Origin: Ruditapes philippinarum
Lineage: Eukaryota
Assembly: GCF_026571515.1 (NCBI RefSeq)
Contig: NW_026852595.1
Coordinates: 62,001 to 126,000 of the forward strand
DNA: 64,000 nucleotides
Direction: 5' to 3'
The notes under the pieces are model-generated. The model worked only from the letters and a program-made list of their open reading frames with translations, had not been told where the DNA came from and did not search any database. This document shows positions 37,067 through 50,100 of the stretch, piece after piece (positions within the stretch are counted from its first letter, which is position 1; every line of letters starts with the position of its first letter). The position numbers were made by a program, and so were the translations under genes.

Positions 37067-40000
37067 TTATCTAGAAGATTAGATTAATTGGCAACCTTAC
37101 CTACTGCGTTACGCTGACAGTTGATTTATTTGTCGATATTCAAATTTATATCGCAAGCATGCGCGCCTTATGATAATAAACACAATATAATAACTGTTTT
37201 ACACCGCAGTAGTGGACATGACTGCCGCATCAATAAATAATTATCCTAAACGTACAGTAAGTGACGTTTACATTACAGCCGTGGTTCTAATAACGTGACT
37301 TGTAACTGTCATCTATTTATAGAACGATACTTGTACTTGTGTTTATTTTCGTAAATGACTACAAATAGATGCTGCTATAAAATGTTTTTTTTGAAATGTT
37401 TTATTAATACATTGTTTAAAATACAATATATCCTATGAACATATTTTGAACATCGTTCAACAATTTTGGAAAATGATTGACTAATCGAACTAGACCAATT
37501 ACAATATGCATGAATAAGGATTTACACAGTGTGCCGGTAATACTCATTTATGAACACTTGGAAATGACGTTTTCGACGAACTGATGTACTAGTACAAACA
37601 AACAATTATGTTGACGTATTAGTCATTCGACCGATGTTAGCTGGGAAAAGGCCTATTATCTCAACCTCGGATGGCTCGAACTACCGTTTTCTTGTTCTCC
37701 TCCGCTCGTAACATCAATTATTGCGGATATGATTATTTTGTTGTAATATTCTACTCAGGTGCACCTTTGTGCTTTAAGTAATGGACGGAGGTGCACCAAA
37801 GTTCTACTTCCACCAGGAAAGCTGAAACGTCGCGGTATTAACTATTTTGTGCTGGTGCGACGTAAATCCCAACAAAACAGTGACTTATGATAAGTCAATA
37901 CAATTTGGTCTAACATGTGAAATAAACAAAGGAAAAGAAGTAAGTATAAGCAAGTAATTAAAGCACACATATCGCAACAGTTGCCCCCCTTAAACTTGAT
38001 CTAAGTCTTCAGATATAAAAGTAATAGGTTGGTCTGTGACAAAGTAATATTACAAATGTTTTACTTTTTTTCCTAGTGTCTCACATAAAACATTTTTCAA
38101 TATTAATAATATTTTTAAAGTATATAAAAAATATTAACATTTATTTGATAAAGGTAAACAGACTACATTTAGAGTAACCACTTTTCCAAATTTAAAGCTG
38201 TTATATCAGAATATCAATCATTAAATCAAAATGTATGGGCAACACGAAAAGTACGTCAAGCAGAATGATAAAAACAGCATTTTCTTTTTAAAGGCACCGG
38301 ACACTTGAATATTTCTTGCATTTAATTCCTCTCTGTCACTCGAACATTTACAATTTTGCCTTATCGATGCATGAAGGTCCTGCAACTGAAAACATTCAAA
38401 TGCGCAATAAATCAAATCAGTTTAAAAGACCGAGATATCCAAACCGAATTTTTTAACACTATAAGGGCGATTTTTGAGTAACACTATGACACAGTTGATT
38501 TTTTTAGGCACATTTCTGATGTATTATATTATCTTAGACATCCCGTGATGTGAAAAATATGACATTCTATTAGGACATTGTCACTTTACCGGTTTATCTT
38601 CTGCAGGTCCTTTACACATCGCTTCTACTTAGCTGATATTTCCTTCTTTTAGGGATACATGAGAAATTATAAAAAAAACATAACTGGAGATCCTGACTAT
38701 TTTACCTTTACAATGCGTTTAGACTTTGTTTCAGGAAGATTTATATTTGACTCAATTCATTGAGTGTAAGAAGTATCGAGTAGAGTGGTCACAAATACGG
38801 ATATTAGGACAGACGGACACATATACAATTCTTGTTCCAATCTTGCCTTACTACATAGCGAGGTCAAAAGAAAAGAATAGTTGTCCCAGGACACAAACAA
38901 GCTTGATGAAGCAGATCCAGAACGATGTTTTTTTTAGGAGCATTAATTTCGGCTTAGCCAACGTAGTTAATGTAGTGGTAGAGCTCATTGACAGTGGACA
39001 CCCAAGGAGGTTGTGTTTTTATTCAGGTACTAGAAAACCTAATTATACAAAAAAGTGATTACAAGACGTATAACAAAGATAAATATCTTACAATAGAACA
39101 TTCATAAATTATTACATATTTCACAATTACAATGATGTTTTAAATACAATGTCAAGAAAAGTTAAAGCTATCCCAGAACCAAATCAGATAAAAATAACTT
39201 TTGTGCAAAATCGATCATCTAAGCCAGCCATTCAGAAAGGAGAATTAAATACCAGATGATAACTAAATGGACGACAAAACTAAAAAGGAGCGCCTACGGG
39301 GCACGCCATCCGCCATGTTTTCTGCCGGGTTACATATAGATTAAAATACTATCTTCAAATACAAAGATCGGAACCACTGAGTAGGCTTCTGCGGACTAAG
39401 CAGTATTCGAAAAACTTCTCTTGAGAAAAGAAACATTAGTTCATGAAGGAGTCTGAGAAAAGAGAAAAAGAACAAGAAGTATCTTTGAAAAATATACTCG
39501 GCCGAAGTAGAACTGATTAACGCCCCTCGTAAAAATCAGATAGCCTCGTGTTTACATGCGCTTTCTATTACTTGCACTGACATATAGATTTTAATGATAA
39601 GTAAGCTAAACGTTTTCTATTGTTTCAGTGACGATACAACTCAAAAATAGAATAAATTAAAATGGGTTACATGAGAATTTGTACTACTTCTATATTTAAC
39701 TGAGTGAACATTACTTAAATTAATATATCCTGAAGATATCGTTTAGCTTGTTTGAATCACTTCTGTTCAATTCCAACTTCCAGTACAGCCGTCATTCTAT
39801 TCTTTCATTTTATTCTCAAAACAAAAGCCTCCAGACTATTTTTTGTCAGCTGAAAAAAAACATGTCAAATGACACTTTATAATAAAAGAAGTTTAGTTTT
39901 AAAAAAATCTTCGCTTGTTCATATTATGCAAACATAAGAAAGAACTAAATTATGAACGACAATGCATGCACATTTATTTTATATTTATTCGTTGACTATT

Positions 40001-40078
40001 TATTTGTCAATAATGTCAGCTTTGACACTTATTCTAGCCAGTGTCAAATATCAGTGTTTTATTTTTTGTCATTTACAT

Positions 40079-41345
40079 TTAGTATTTAAGGCTAGTTTCA
40101 TCTTTTAAATGAAGCAATCGTTCAGCTACTATTTTGTACTTAATTTCGAAAGAAAGCTTTTGAAACATTTTCATACAGTCCATTTTTATATCACCAAAAG
40201 TTTCATCTCCTGTTTTATCGGAAGGAAAAATTTCATCCACATCGTACATTCTTTGTAAGTCTTTTTGTCCCTCATTATAAAGAATATGTCCAAACTTCGC
40301 TTAATTTTTACTGCAAACTTCACTACATCATTAAAGGTTAATTCATGTGCTTTTGCTACTATACTGAGACAGGGTCTGAGATATACTGCTTGGTAGAGAT
40401 AATGATTATCTTTTGCTCTCGCCTGATCGAATGACGCTTGTAACCATCTCATCATATATTCTTTGCATTTATTTATGACTGACGTCACTTGATATTCGTC
40501 AGCAATGCTCACGATCTGTAAGACGTTTGTTTCTACAAAAAATATATCCAACAAAGTATAGACTATCTTTAAAAAAACAGAAATCAACGCCAGGCGGGCA
40601 ACACTCGACTTCTTTTATTTTTTAAGAGCAAACAGATAAACGGTTTTAACAACTCTTTAAAAAGTAAAATAAAGAAAGAAACATTTTTTTCCCTTTTTTT
40701 ATTGTAATATGTCTGTCTCGTCGCAGTTGCTGTTTTGTCCAAGTATGAATCCTTTCGATAAATAAATGACAAAGTTAAGAAAACAAAAGAACTAATAACG
40801 ACCAGCACTCGCTCGCCTATAAAATTGTACTTAGAAGATATTTACCTTATCGTTTTACCCCAAAACGTTTTGTTATAGTATTAGGTACTCATTATATTTC
40901 ATAATTTATCAAATTCTGGTCTTCCTTACATTTTAAATGTGATCTGTTTGAACTAACCTGTAATCGGTTTTGAAATTCTCGGGTGAATGCAAAGCAAAAA
41001 TTCGAGGAAATCGTCGAAATTTTTCCCTGTCAGTGATACGCAGTTTTCCTTCTTCTCCTGCCAGTTATGATCAAACATTGCCTTGAAAACAGGCGAGGCG
41101 TATCGTAGAAAGTTTTTCGAAACATAAAGTTTGTTGCTGTTATCAAACACTAACGTAATCTCATCATCACATTCTCCACTTTCTGTAAATGCTTCAGGCA
41201 TATCGGTTATGTAACTAAAGCTTGATTCTGGTTCCTAACTGTTTGTGAGTGCTTCAGACATTCCGGTGATGTTTGAACATCTAAAACTTAATCCCTCATA
41301 TTCTGTGCTTTCCTCATATCTGTCAAACTACTCGTCACTGCTCAT
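40079..41345 (-). pseudogene. BTB/POZ gene copy C, multiple lesions
   Basis: Exons 40958-41345 and 40079-40532. Two in-frame TAGs lie before ATG 41201, and a 1-nt deletion at about 40302 shifts the frame of exon 2. Confidence 0.88.
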
Positions 41346-44156
41346 TCTTATAATGTCAATAATGTTCCCTTGTCTATCTCAGTTGAATGAATGTTATTGA
41401 TGAATAATAAAACAATTTATGAATGCGAAATTCAAAGAGAAACTGAAAAAAACTTATCTGAAAATACTGTCGATTTCAGAATTGTTAGTTTTTCCAATAG
41501 TTCATTTTTACAAAACATTTCACTCGGAACACCACACAGATTATCAATAGTAATATCCAAAATTGTTTTAAAGTGCCGAAAAGTTGCGATTGAAAAATAT
41601 CTATTTATCAGTACAAATGCATTCATTCAATCTGAAAAGTTTATAGATATATATTGATTTGTAACTGATATGCCTTGAAATTGATAGGTCCAATATTTAA
41701 AAATCATAATGCCAAGACGTAATATGATCAAGTATAATTATGTTAAACAATCGTCCAACTTAAATGGGGAGAAAATGACTTTATTTTTTTAAAAAGTTTG
41801 AGAGCTTTTTAGCTGAAATTTCCTTTTTGATTCAACCTTTTAAAAAAATAGTATATATGCTTTTAGGTAATAAGTTCAAAATATAGATATGTTTTTTGAA
41901 AAAAGTTAAAATTGTATTCACTCACTGCTTTCATAGAATTTTAAAAGCAATTTTGTAAACGCTATTCTATTACATTTTTTTGCTATGAATACATATATAA
42001 TGATGATAATTTTTATGTTTCAAAAGGGATATTTCACAATATTTCATTAGAAGCATACCAACAAGTTTAAATGTACATCCCTTTTTCAGAATTGAAGAAA
42101 GTGACATACGCTGTTCAGATCATGAGGTATGGTAGATTGCTTAAAGTTGCTCATTTCAAAAAACTAAAAAAACTTGCCCCTTCCCTTTTTGGGTTCAAAT
42201 ATTGCAAAGGACTTTATATTCTTCTTGTAAAGAAGCTATCCAGTTAGGAAATGGACTGTCAGAACACTCATGACTTGTGACCTTATGTGTCGGAAATAAT
42301 GCAGAGAGGGAAAATGAGGTCTACCTCTGCCAGTCAAGCAGACAGGTCTTGTTATAAATAGTTCTTAAGAAATGTAAATATTTCGTTCATTTTATTAACT
42401 CAAGTAACCTTATCATTGTTGTTTTCTTGCTGTTATCGTGTACATTTAACTTACGAAGAAGCAATTTCTTAAGAAATGTTAAGTCGTTTAAAGCTTGATC
42501 TACGTTGCTTACAGATAAATTATAATAATGATAATTTAACTATGATATTACAAGAAATGTCGACTTTCCAAACATTAACGAGAAATCAAGTATTACTTAA
42601 ACTTAATTTTAAAAATAAAAACATATTTTCCCCTACCAGTGTTTTAAATCATGTATCTAAACGCATCATGACATATTATTTAGTAATCTTAAGCTGTTAA
42701 TAATTAGTGTAAATACACTTTGCTCTAAGACTAAAAACAATCAAAGACAAAAGGCGACAGTATAAGAAAGTCACTATAATGCACTTATCACAACATTGTC
42801 CCCTGACACGATGTGCATGAAATGATCGTAGAACAGAAACAAGAATTTCACGTGCGTCAGATATTAAGTTAAGAGAGTTAAACACTCACCTTTAGATAAA
42901 GTTATAAAAGGTTGGTTTGTCTACTCAGTAGTGACAAATTAGTAATACAAATGCTTTACATCTATGAACGGTGTCTCAAAAAAATGAATGTTTCAATATT
43001 ATGATATGTTTATACATTTATAAAATATTTACATTTACTTGCACTAAAGATAAACGATATACATTTAGTTACCATTTCTAAAAATTCAAAGCTTACTTCA
43101 CGGAATATATATACTTTAGCAAAATGAAAGGGCAATGCAAAAGGTACGTCGAGCAGAATGAATTAATTAACCATTTTCTAGACACTTGGAAAAGTCTTGC
43201 ATTGAATTAGTATGTATCGCTCGAATATTTACAATTCGTGACAATTTGGTCTAATAAAGGGTCGATAAATACAATAAATAATCGATAAAGGGTCATGTAA
43301 ATACAATAGACTTTATCCGGAATTAAGAACACTTTTTTATTTTCAAAGCTATTTCGTTGACGTTTTTTCCTGTAAACAAAGTATACTTGATGCGAAACGT
43401 TGTATATTTTTCAAATAAAATAATTACATTTTTAAATTGAAACTGGAGTTGATTTCTATATTCAAACTTACATGAAAGATATTTCGGGGCACTTTTACAG
43501 CTACATCATAACCCTGGTCATATTTCAAGCTAAGTTTAAATCGGAATACTGATCATAAAATATAATATAATTAATCAATCATTTTTATAGCAATAAACTA
43601 CTACAAATATCAAAACCAAAGCAATTTATTCGATTTTTAAGTTTAGGTTTTAAAGTTTTATGTTTAATCATATCGTTTTGTTTTTATTATTTCTAAACAA
43701 AAAGAAAGATATAATGCCACATTTGAACATAAGGCAAAACATTAACAATTATATCTACAACATTTAAATTGATGTTGTACTTGTTCATAAAAGTAAAACA
43801 AAAGGGTTCGTGTTTTAACATTAGCATTTGAAATTTATTTGTCAATATTTAACCGAGCGAAAATTACGTTAATTGAAATAAATATCCATTGTTATTATGA
43901 CGATATCTTAAGTATGCTTGAATCATATATGCTCAATTCCAACTTGAAACACAAGTCTGTTCTTACAGTGGTTTTCAATTATTCAGGGAACACCTGCCTT
44001 TTTTTGTCAGCTTTAAAAATTAGCATACATTTAGACTTTACTGTTTAAAAAACAGTGAACGACAATACATGTACATTTATTTATAATGATAATTTATCTA
44101 TCAAGCAAAATGACTGCAAGAAAACAAATTATCCTAACTAGTGTTTTTTCTGTCAT

Positions 44157-47003
44157 TCACATTAAGTATTTAAGGCAGCTTTTACCATCGTACCGTAGTA
44201 AACGTTCAGCTAATATTTTATATTTAATTTCGAAAGAAAGATTTTTAAACATATTCATACAGTCCTTCATTATATCACTTAAAGATTCATCGCCTTCTTT
44301 GTAAAACGGATTAGGCTCGCCGAAATAGGCAGAACCATCTTGTGCTGATGGATCTGTGTTTCCTTCATTATAAAGAATGTGTCCAAACTTTGCTATGCTT
44401 TTAACGGCATACTTTACAACGGCATCATAGCCTAATTCATGTGCTTTTGCTACTATACGAAGGCAAGGTCTAAGCCATACTGCTTGGTGGAGATAATGAC
44501 ATCCGTTTGGGTTTGGTTGTTTGATGGGATTCTCCAACAAAACCATCATAACTTCCTTGCATTTGTTTATGATTGATGTTACCTGATATTCGTCTGCAAT
44601 TTTCACGAGCCGTAGGACGTTCTTTTCTAGATAAATATGACGAAAACAATCAAATCAAGTATGTCAAATGGAAAGTAATGTGACAGTTTATTGTCATATG
44701 TTACAAAAAATTGTTCAATTCTTCAAGTTGTGAGTACCCAATCTCTACACTGCCCTCTAAAATATAAAGAGTGGCATTCGACAACATTAAGAAATAAGGT
44801 ACACAGTATATAAACGAATTGTACCCCAACCGGATCTTGTGAGAAGATTTCAACATCAGTTCCTTACAAACAGGCGGGATGACTCATAAAACATTTAAAG
44901 ACGGCTTGCATTCATTCTGTGAAGTTTTGTAAACATTTGAATCATATTAAGAAAGAGTTTATCTTTGCTTATATATGCATCCATAACCTGCTTTGTTAAA
45001 TATATGCGCATAAAACGCTGTGCTTTCGCTTTTTGTCAACACACGCCGGTTACACAAGCAAATTTATGCCTACACAAGCAAATTTATGCCTTAAATTGTT
45101 TTACCTCACTTTAACTCATATCTGAATCTTAACTTTATTGTCTTTACCTCATGTTACCGGACAGACACTTGTATACATATATTTGAATCTTGATAAAACT
45201 TAGTAAATAATAGAGGCGAACTTTCTGATACCTTTACTGTACCAGTCTTGCTAAAACAATTTTAATTTGTTTTTTCACTGAACCATAACTTGCGAGCTAT
45301 TGTTGATGATTTTTACTGTTTTTGTCCTATGTCCCATATTTTATCGTGCAGAATATGAAGCTATTGTGCCACAAGAGCATGAAAACATCAGTGGCCAATA
45401 CTGCACAAGAATGGAGCTTCATCATGTTTTCACTGTCTATGGAAACGATGTAGAAATAAAGTGATAAATACTACAAAATCAGTCCTTAATCGCATATGAC
45501 ACGTAAATTATTCGTAAAATCACAAATCTTTTTACTTTTCTTAAAATTAAGTACATTTTGATTACCAGATAATTTTCTTGAAATATTTTGGCTTATCTGG
45601 AGGCATGTAAAATAAATCTTTTTAAGGAGTTTCCTGCATATTGTTGTTAAATGTCTAAAAGGTAGTTTACACTCTTACAAGTTTATTTCCACTTATTTTC
45701 AAATAATTTAAATTCTTGCCAGTGTATACATAAGGTAACTTGTTAGTTTTCTTTTCACACAGCTTAAACAGTTTATCATTGGCTATAGTTATCTTAAGAC
45801 AAAAGATACATATAAATACAGTTCCTTTCTATAAATTGCCATATACATGTATTTCAGATTGATTTGGATGAATCATTTGAAGTAAGGGTCTTGACAGTAG
45901 CTTAGTGTAACAAACACCCAAAGCACGCCCATGAAAACACAAAATGAATGTTGGATCTGTGGGATAAGTGGTGACACCAAGTTTAATCATGATAAATGTT
46001 TTCTCCAATGTTATCCCGACAGGGACTTTGGATTCTTTCATGTGAGTAAGCTATTCAGCTAGCTTACGGAACGCCGGTGGTTCTACTCAGGTGCCTGTTC
46101 GTGCCTGAAAAAATGCACGGAAGGGCACCTGAGGTCTTCCTCCACCAGTAAAGCTGGAACGTCGCCAAATGACCTATACTGTGTCGGTGTGACGTTAAAC
46201 CCAAACCGAACAAACAAACAGCAATATTTGTTGCAGATGAATAATTTTCATTTGTTATTGATAACTTATTGATATCACAACCAGATGTTTAACTAAATAA
46301 ACCATGAAATATGACGGATTTTTGTTCCTGTTTAGTACTGACCACCTGAAAGTTATTCGTAAGTTTTGATTATTTAATAGCCTAAATGCTAATATTTATA
46401 TTTTGCATAACTGAGACGTTTAATAAAGTTTCTCTTCTACGATATAAATATAGACATACTGCCCTAACGTCCATGAGTATCAACATAAATACCAATATAT
46501 TAAACAAGTTAAGCGGCAGACAATGGCTGACACTGATTTCTTCTCACAAGATCCGGCTGGGGTTCAAATCGTTTATATACTGTGAGGTATGTAAGCTATC
46601 TAGAAATGCTATATGAAGTATTTATTCATTAAACTATCAGTATCTTTTACCCAAAAAACAAAGCTTACTTTTTGCCGTAGTATTAGATAGTCATAATATT
46701 TTATAATTTAGCAAATACTAAACTTCTTTAAAAAGTTCATTTGATCTTTTTAAACTAACCTGTTATTGGTTTTAAAATCCTAGGGTGTACACAAAGCAAA
46801 AATTCGAGGAAATCGTCGTATTTTTTCCCTGGCAATGATACCCTGTTCTCCTTCGTCTCCTGCCAGTCATGATCAAACATTACCTTGAAAACAGGCGAGG
46901 CGTATCGTAGAAAGTTTTTAGAAGCATAAAGTTTGTTGCTGTTATCAAACACCAACGTAATCTCATCATCACATTCCCCACTTTCTGTAAATGTGCTGGA
47001 CAT
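44157..47003 (-). CDS. BTB/POZ gene copy D, apparently intact (about 237 aa)
   Basis: Exons 46760-47003 and 44157-44626, phase-1 GT-AG intron, no stops. BTB domain followed by a helical C-terminal region; most divergent paralogue. Confidence 0.85.
46014..46220 (+). mobile_element. 5'-truncated young SINE in the intron of BTB copy D
   Basis: Near-identical to the reverse complement of 1325-1505; (CAAA)n tail. Confidence 0.92.
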
Positions 47004-47187
47004 GTTAGTTTCCCAAATTTTTGTGAATGCGTCAGACCTATCGGTTATGTTTTTTACTGAAAAGACTCTTTTGGCTCATACCAACCATTTTGATTAAATT
47101 ATTTTGTTAATATTTGTTAATAACAAATAATATATAAATGCAAATTCCAATGAGAAATTTGAAAATTTTTCAAATTATTTGTAAACT

Positions 47188-47199
47188 ACTTTCGGTTTC
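47188..47199 (-). promoter_or_regulatory. ISRE/IRF-E-like element upstream of BTB copy D
   Basis: GAAACCGAAAGT on the minus strand. Positional homologues at 27406-27417, 32196-32207, 41466-41477 and 54214-54225. Confidence 0.55.
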
Positions 47200-50100
47200 A
47201 AAATCTTTAGTTTTTCCAAATGTTCAATTTCGAAAAATCTTATTCGGAACACTTTGACGATTATCAATAATCATTATCCAAAAATAACAGGAAAAGAATT
47301 TATAAAATCTATATATACCATTATCTGCTTTTTATACACACCGGTTTATCAAATAGACAGGAAAACCGGTTTACATGAACAACTTGACAAGTTTATGGAT
47401 ATGCATTGATTTGTAACGGATATGTTGTATTTGATAGATTCAATATCTAAATATGCTGAATCGTAATGTACAGACGCAATGTGATAAAGTAAAATTATGT
47501 TAAACCATCGCTATGGTTTTATATCTGGCTATGATAGGCAGAAAATGAGTTTATGTTTTTAAGGGTTGGATAGCGTGTTAGCTGACCACCTTTAAGACCT
47601 AGTATATTTGTTTTTAGGTAATTGTTCAGAATACGTTTGTGTAAATGATAAAGTTTGAATCACTAATTGCTTTCTTATAAATTTAAAAGCAATTTTGTAA
47701 ACATTTTTCTGTTATATTTGCGAAAGGAATGCATGCATACTGATGATATAGGTTTTATTTTAAACGGAAAAAATGTTTGATAGAAATATTACACAATTAT
47801 TTGATATCAAAGTATCTATTTACATAGCAACGCTCGTCGATACATTCTTATACAATGCACTCATAAGATCACACCGTATTACCGGCGGCAGTGATGGCAG
47901 ATCACTGCAGTGATGGCAGATAGCTAAAAGTTACCGCTCGGTACAGGTAGGTTATAAATTTGGTTGGTATTATTATATTACTCAAATGCGGCCCATTTCA
48001 TTGTTTTGAATCTATTGTCCTTGACTGGGGGTACTATTAGGTAATTTTGGACTCGTTTTTCCTGTTTTTAGACTATTTTGAGCAGGATAAAAGTGACAGC
48101 TTCGGAAAAATCCATGAAAATGTCTGTTTTTTGTTCAAAATATCTCAAGTTTTAACTAAATGGCAGGATTTTGTGTTATTAATATAGACGTTTCGTCATT
48201 GAGGTCACGCAAGCCAAATATCTACCCCGTGAGTCTTTTCTTGAAAGTTTTACAGACGTTCAATCTGGTCCGGTCGAAGAAAAAATGCTGCCGTTGTAGG
48301 CAGATGCTTATTTCAAATGCTGCCGTCGATGGCAGAAATACCATGAAAGTGGCTAACATTCTGACAGAAAATCAAGGTCAATCTTTTATCAATTTCTCTA
48401 TTCTTTGCGTCCTTTTAGTCGGAATTGAGACGTTAAACTATCATTTCTAATATTTTCTCAAGAAAGAAAAGTTATTTATGCGGTATGTGCATCGAAAAAG
48501 CTTTTTAGCAACACGCAGATACAATACAAAATGTGATGATTCAGTACGACCAAATTGCACTATAAATAGAGCAATTCAGATGAAGAAAATCAGTTTTCTA
48601 TATTCATGCATGTGTGCTTGATCTGTTGTGTCTGTCAGTTACATGCATACAATACCATATGTATCTTAAGTTTTGCAGCGCATAATTGATTGCCTTTTCA
48701 AGACAAAACGCCATTTGCATATCACAATTTAACTGTAACTTCAGTAAGTGGATATTCATTTGCTACAAAATATTTATGTTTTGAATCGATGAAATTGAGA
48801 AAAGTAATTATTGAAGTATTCTACGCAACAAATAAGCACTAAGTCTCGATTGAGAAAACAGAATTTTGTTTAAGAATTATGTTTTCATATGACTCATAAC
48901 ATTAAAATAAAATTGAAAACATCTCTTTTTAGAAGACAAGTGGAAAAAGTAATATGCGCTGTTCATATCATGGGATATGACAGAGTGGTTAAAGAAGTTG
49001 TTCACTTCAAACAACTTAAAAACTTGCCCCTCACCTATGTGGGTTCAAATCTCGCCAAGGTCTTTGAACTATTTCTTGTGAGGAAGCTAACCAACTAATT
49101 TATAGAAGGCTGGAGAAAAGACTCAGGTGCCCTTTTGTACCGGAAATAATGGACATTAAATGAAATCTTAGGTATGCCTACAACACTATGTATGGCATTC
49201 ATAATAAGTTTAAGTGTAACATTTACAAGTATTTTTAATACATAATTGTCCTAACATTATCATCGGAGTTATAAATATAAGATAGTCTTTAAAATACTAT
49301 GATCAGGTTATAAATAGAAACATGTCTCTACCCTTTCTCAGTATTAACTTTTTTATTTTGCTCGATTCAGTGTGCCAAAGTTTTTGTAAGCGTGACATGA
49401 CACTCATCATAAATCCATTATTTCCAATTGGAATATGCACTTGGTATATAAATATTTTGTTGTAATAGTCTAGTGCCCGTTTGTTCCTTAAATAATGCAC
49501 TGATGTTCATCCGAGGTCTTCCTCCAGCACTAAAGCTGGAAAGTCGCCATTCGACCTTTAATGTGTTGGTGCTACGTAAAACTGAACAAAACAATGTCTT
49601 ATGATAAGTCAAAACAATTTGATCTAACACGTAAAATAAACAAAGACAAAAGGGTAAGTATATGCAAGTCAATAAAATGCACAAATCACACCAGTTGCCC
49701 CCTTGCAAAATTCTGCATAACATAGGCAATGATTTCGCATATCTTTAGAGATATAAATATGACAAAATAATATTTCAAATGTTTTTTTTATTTGCACAAT
49801 ATCCATGATACAATGATACATTTTTTTTCAATATTAATAATATATTTGACATATATAAATTGTTTAGATTTACTTAATAAAATACGAAATTTATTTAACA
49901 ATTTTATTAATTCAAAGCTAATATCACGGAATATAAATTATTTAGCGGAATGTTAGGGCAACACAATGCGTACGTTCGTCAAGCAGAATGATTTAAACAT
50001 CCATTTTCTATTTTAATGGCATAGGACACTCGAAAACAAGTAGGCGAGATACACAATCTAATAAATGTTCCTCTACTGATAAAATGTGGTATGTGGAGTG

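Noticed and set aside
38726-39058. 110-aa plus-strand ORF in repeated block X1
   Set aside because: This frame contains stops or frameshifts in most paralogous copies, so it is not supported as a gene; the true coding strand of the block remains uncertain.
44747-45727. Possible TA-flanked Tc1/mariner MITE in the intron of copy D
   Set aside because: Only 7 bp (tacactg/cagtgta) of inverted identity.
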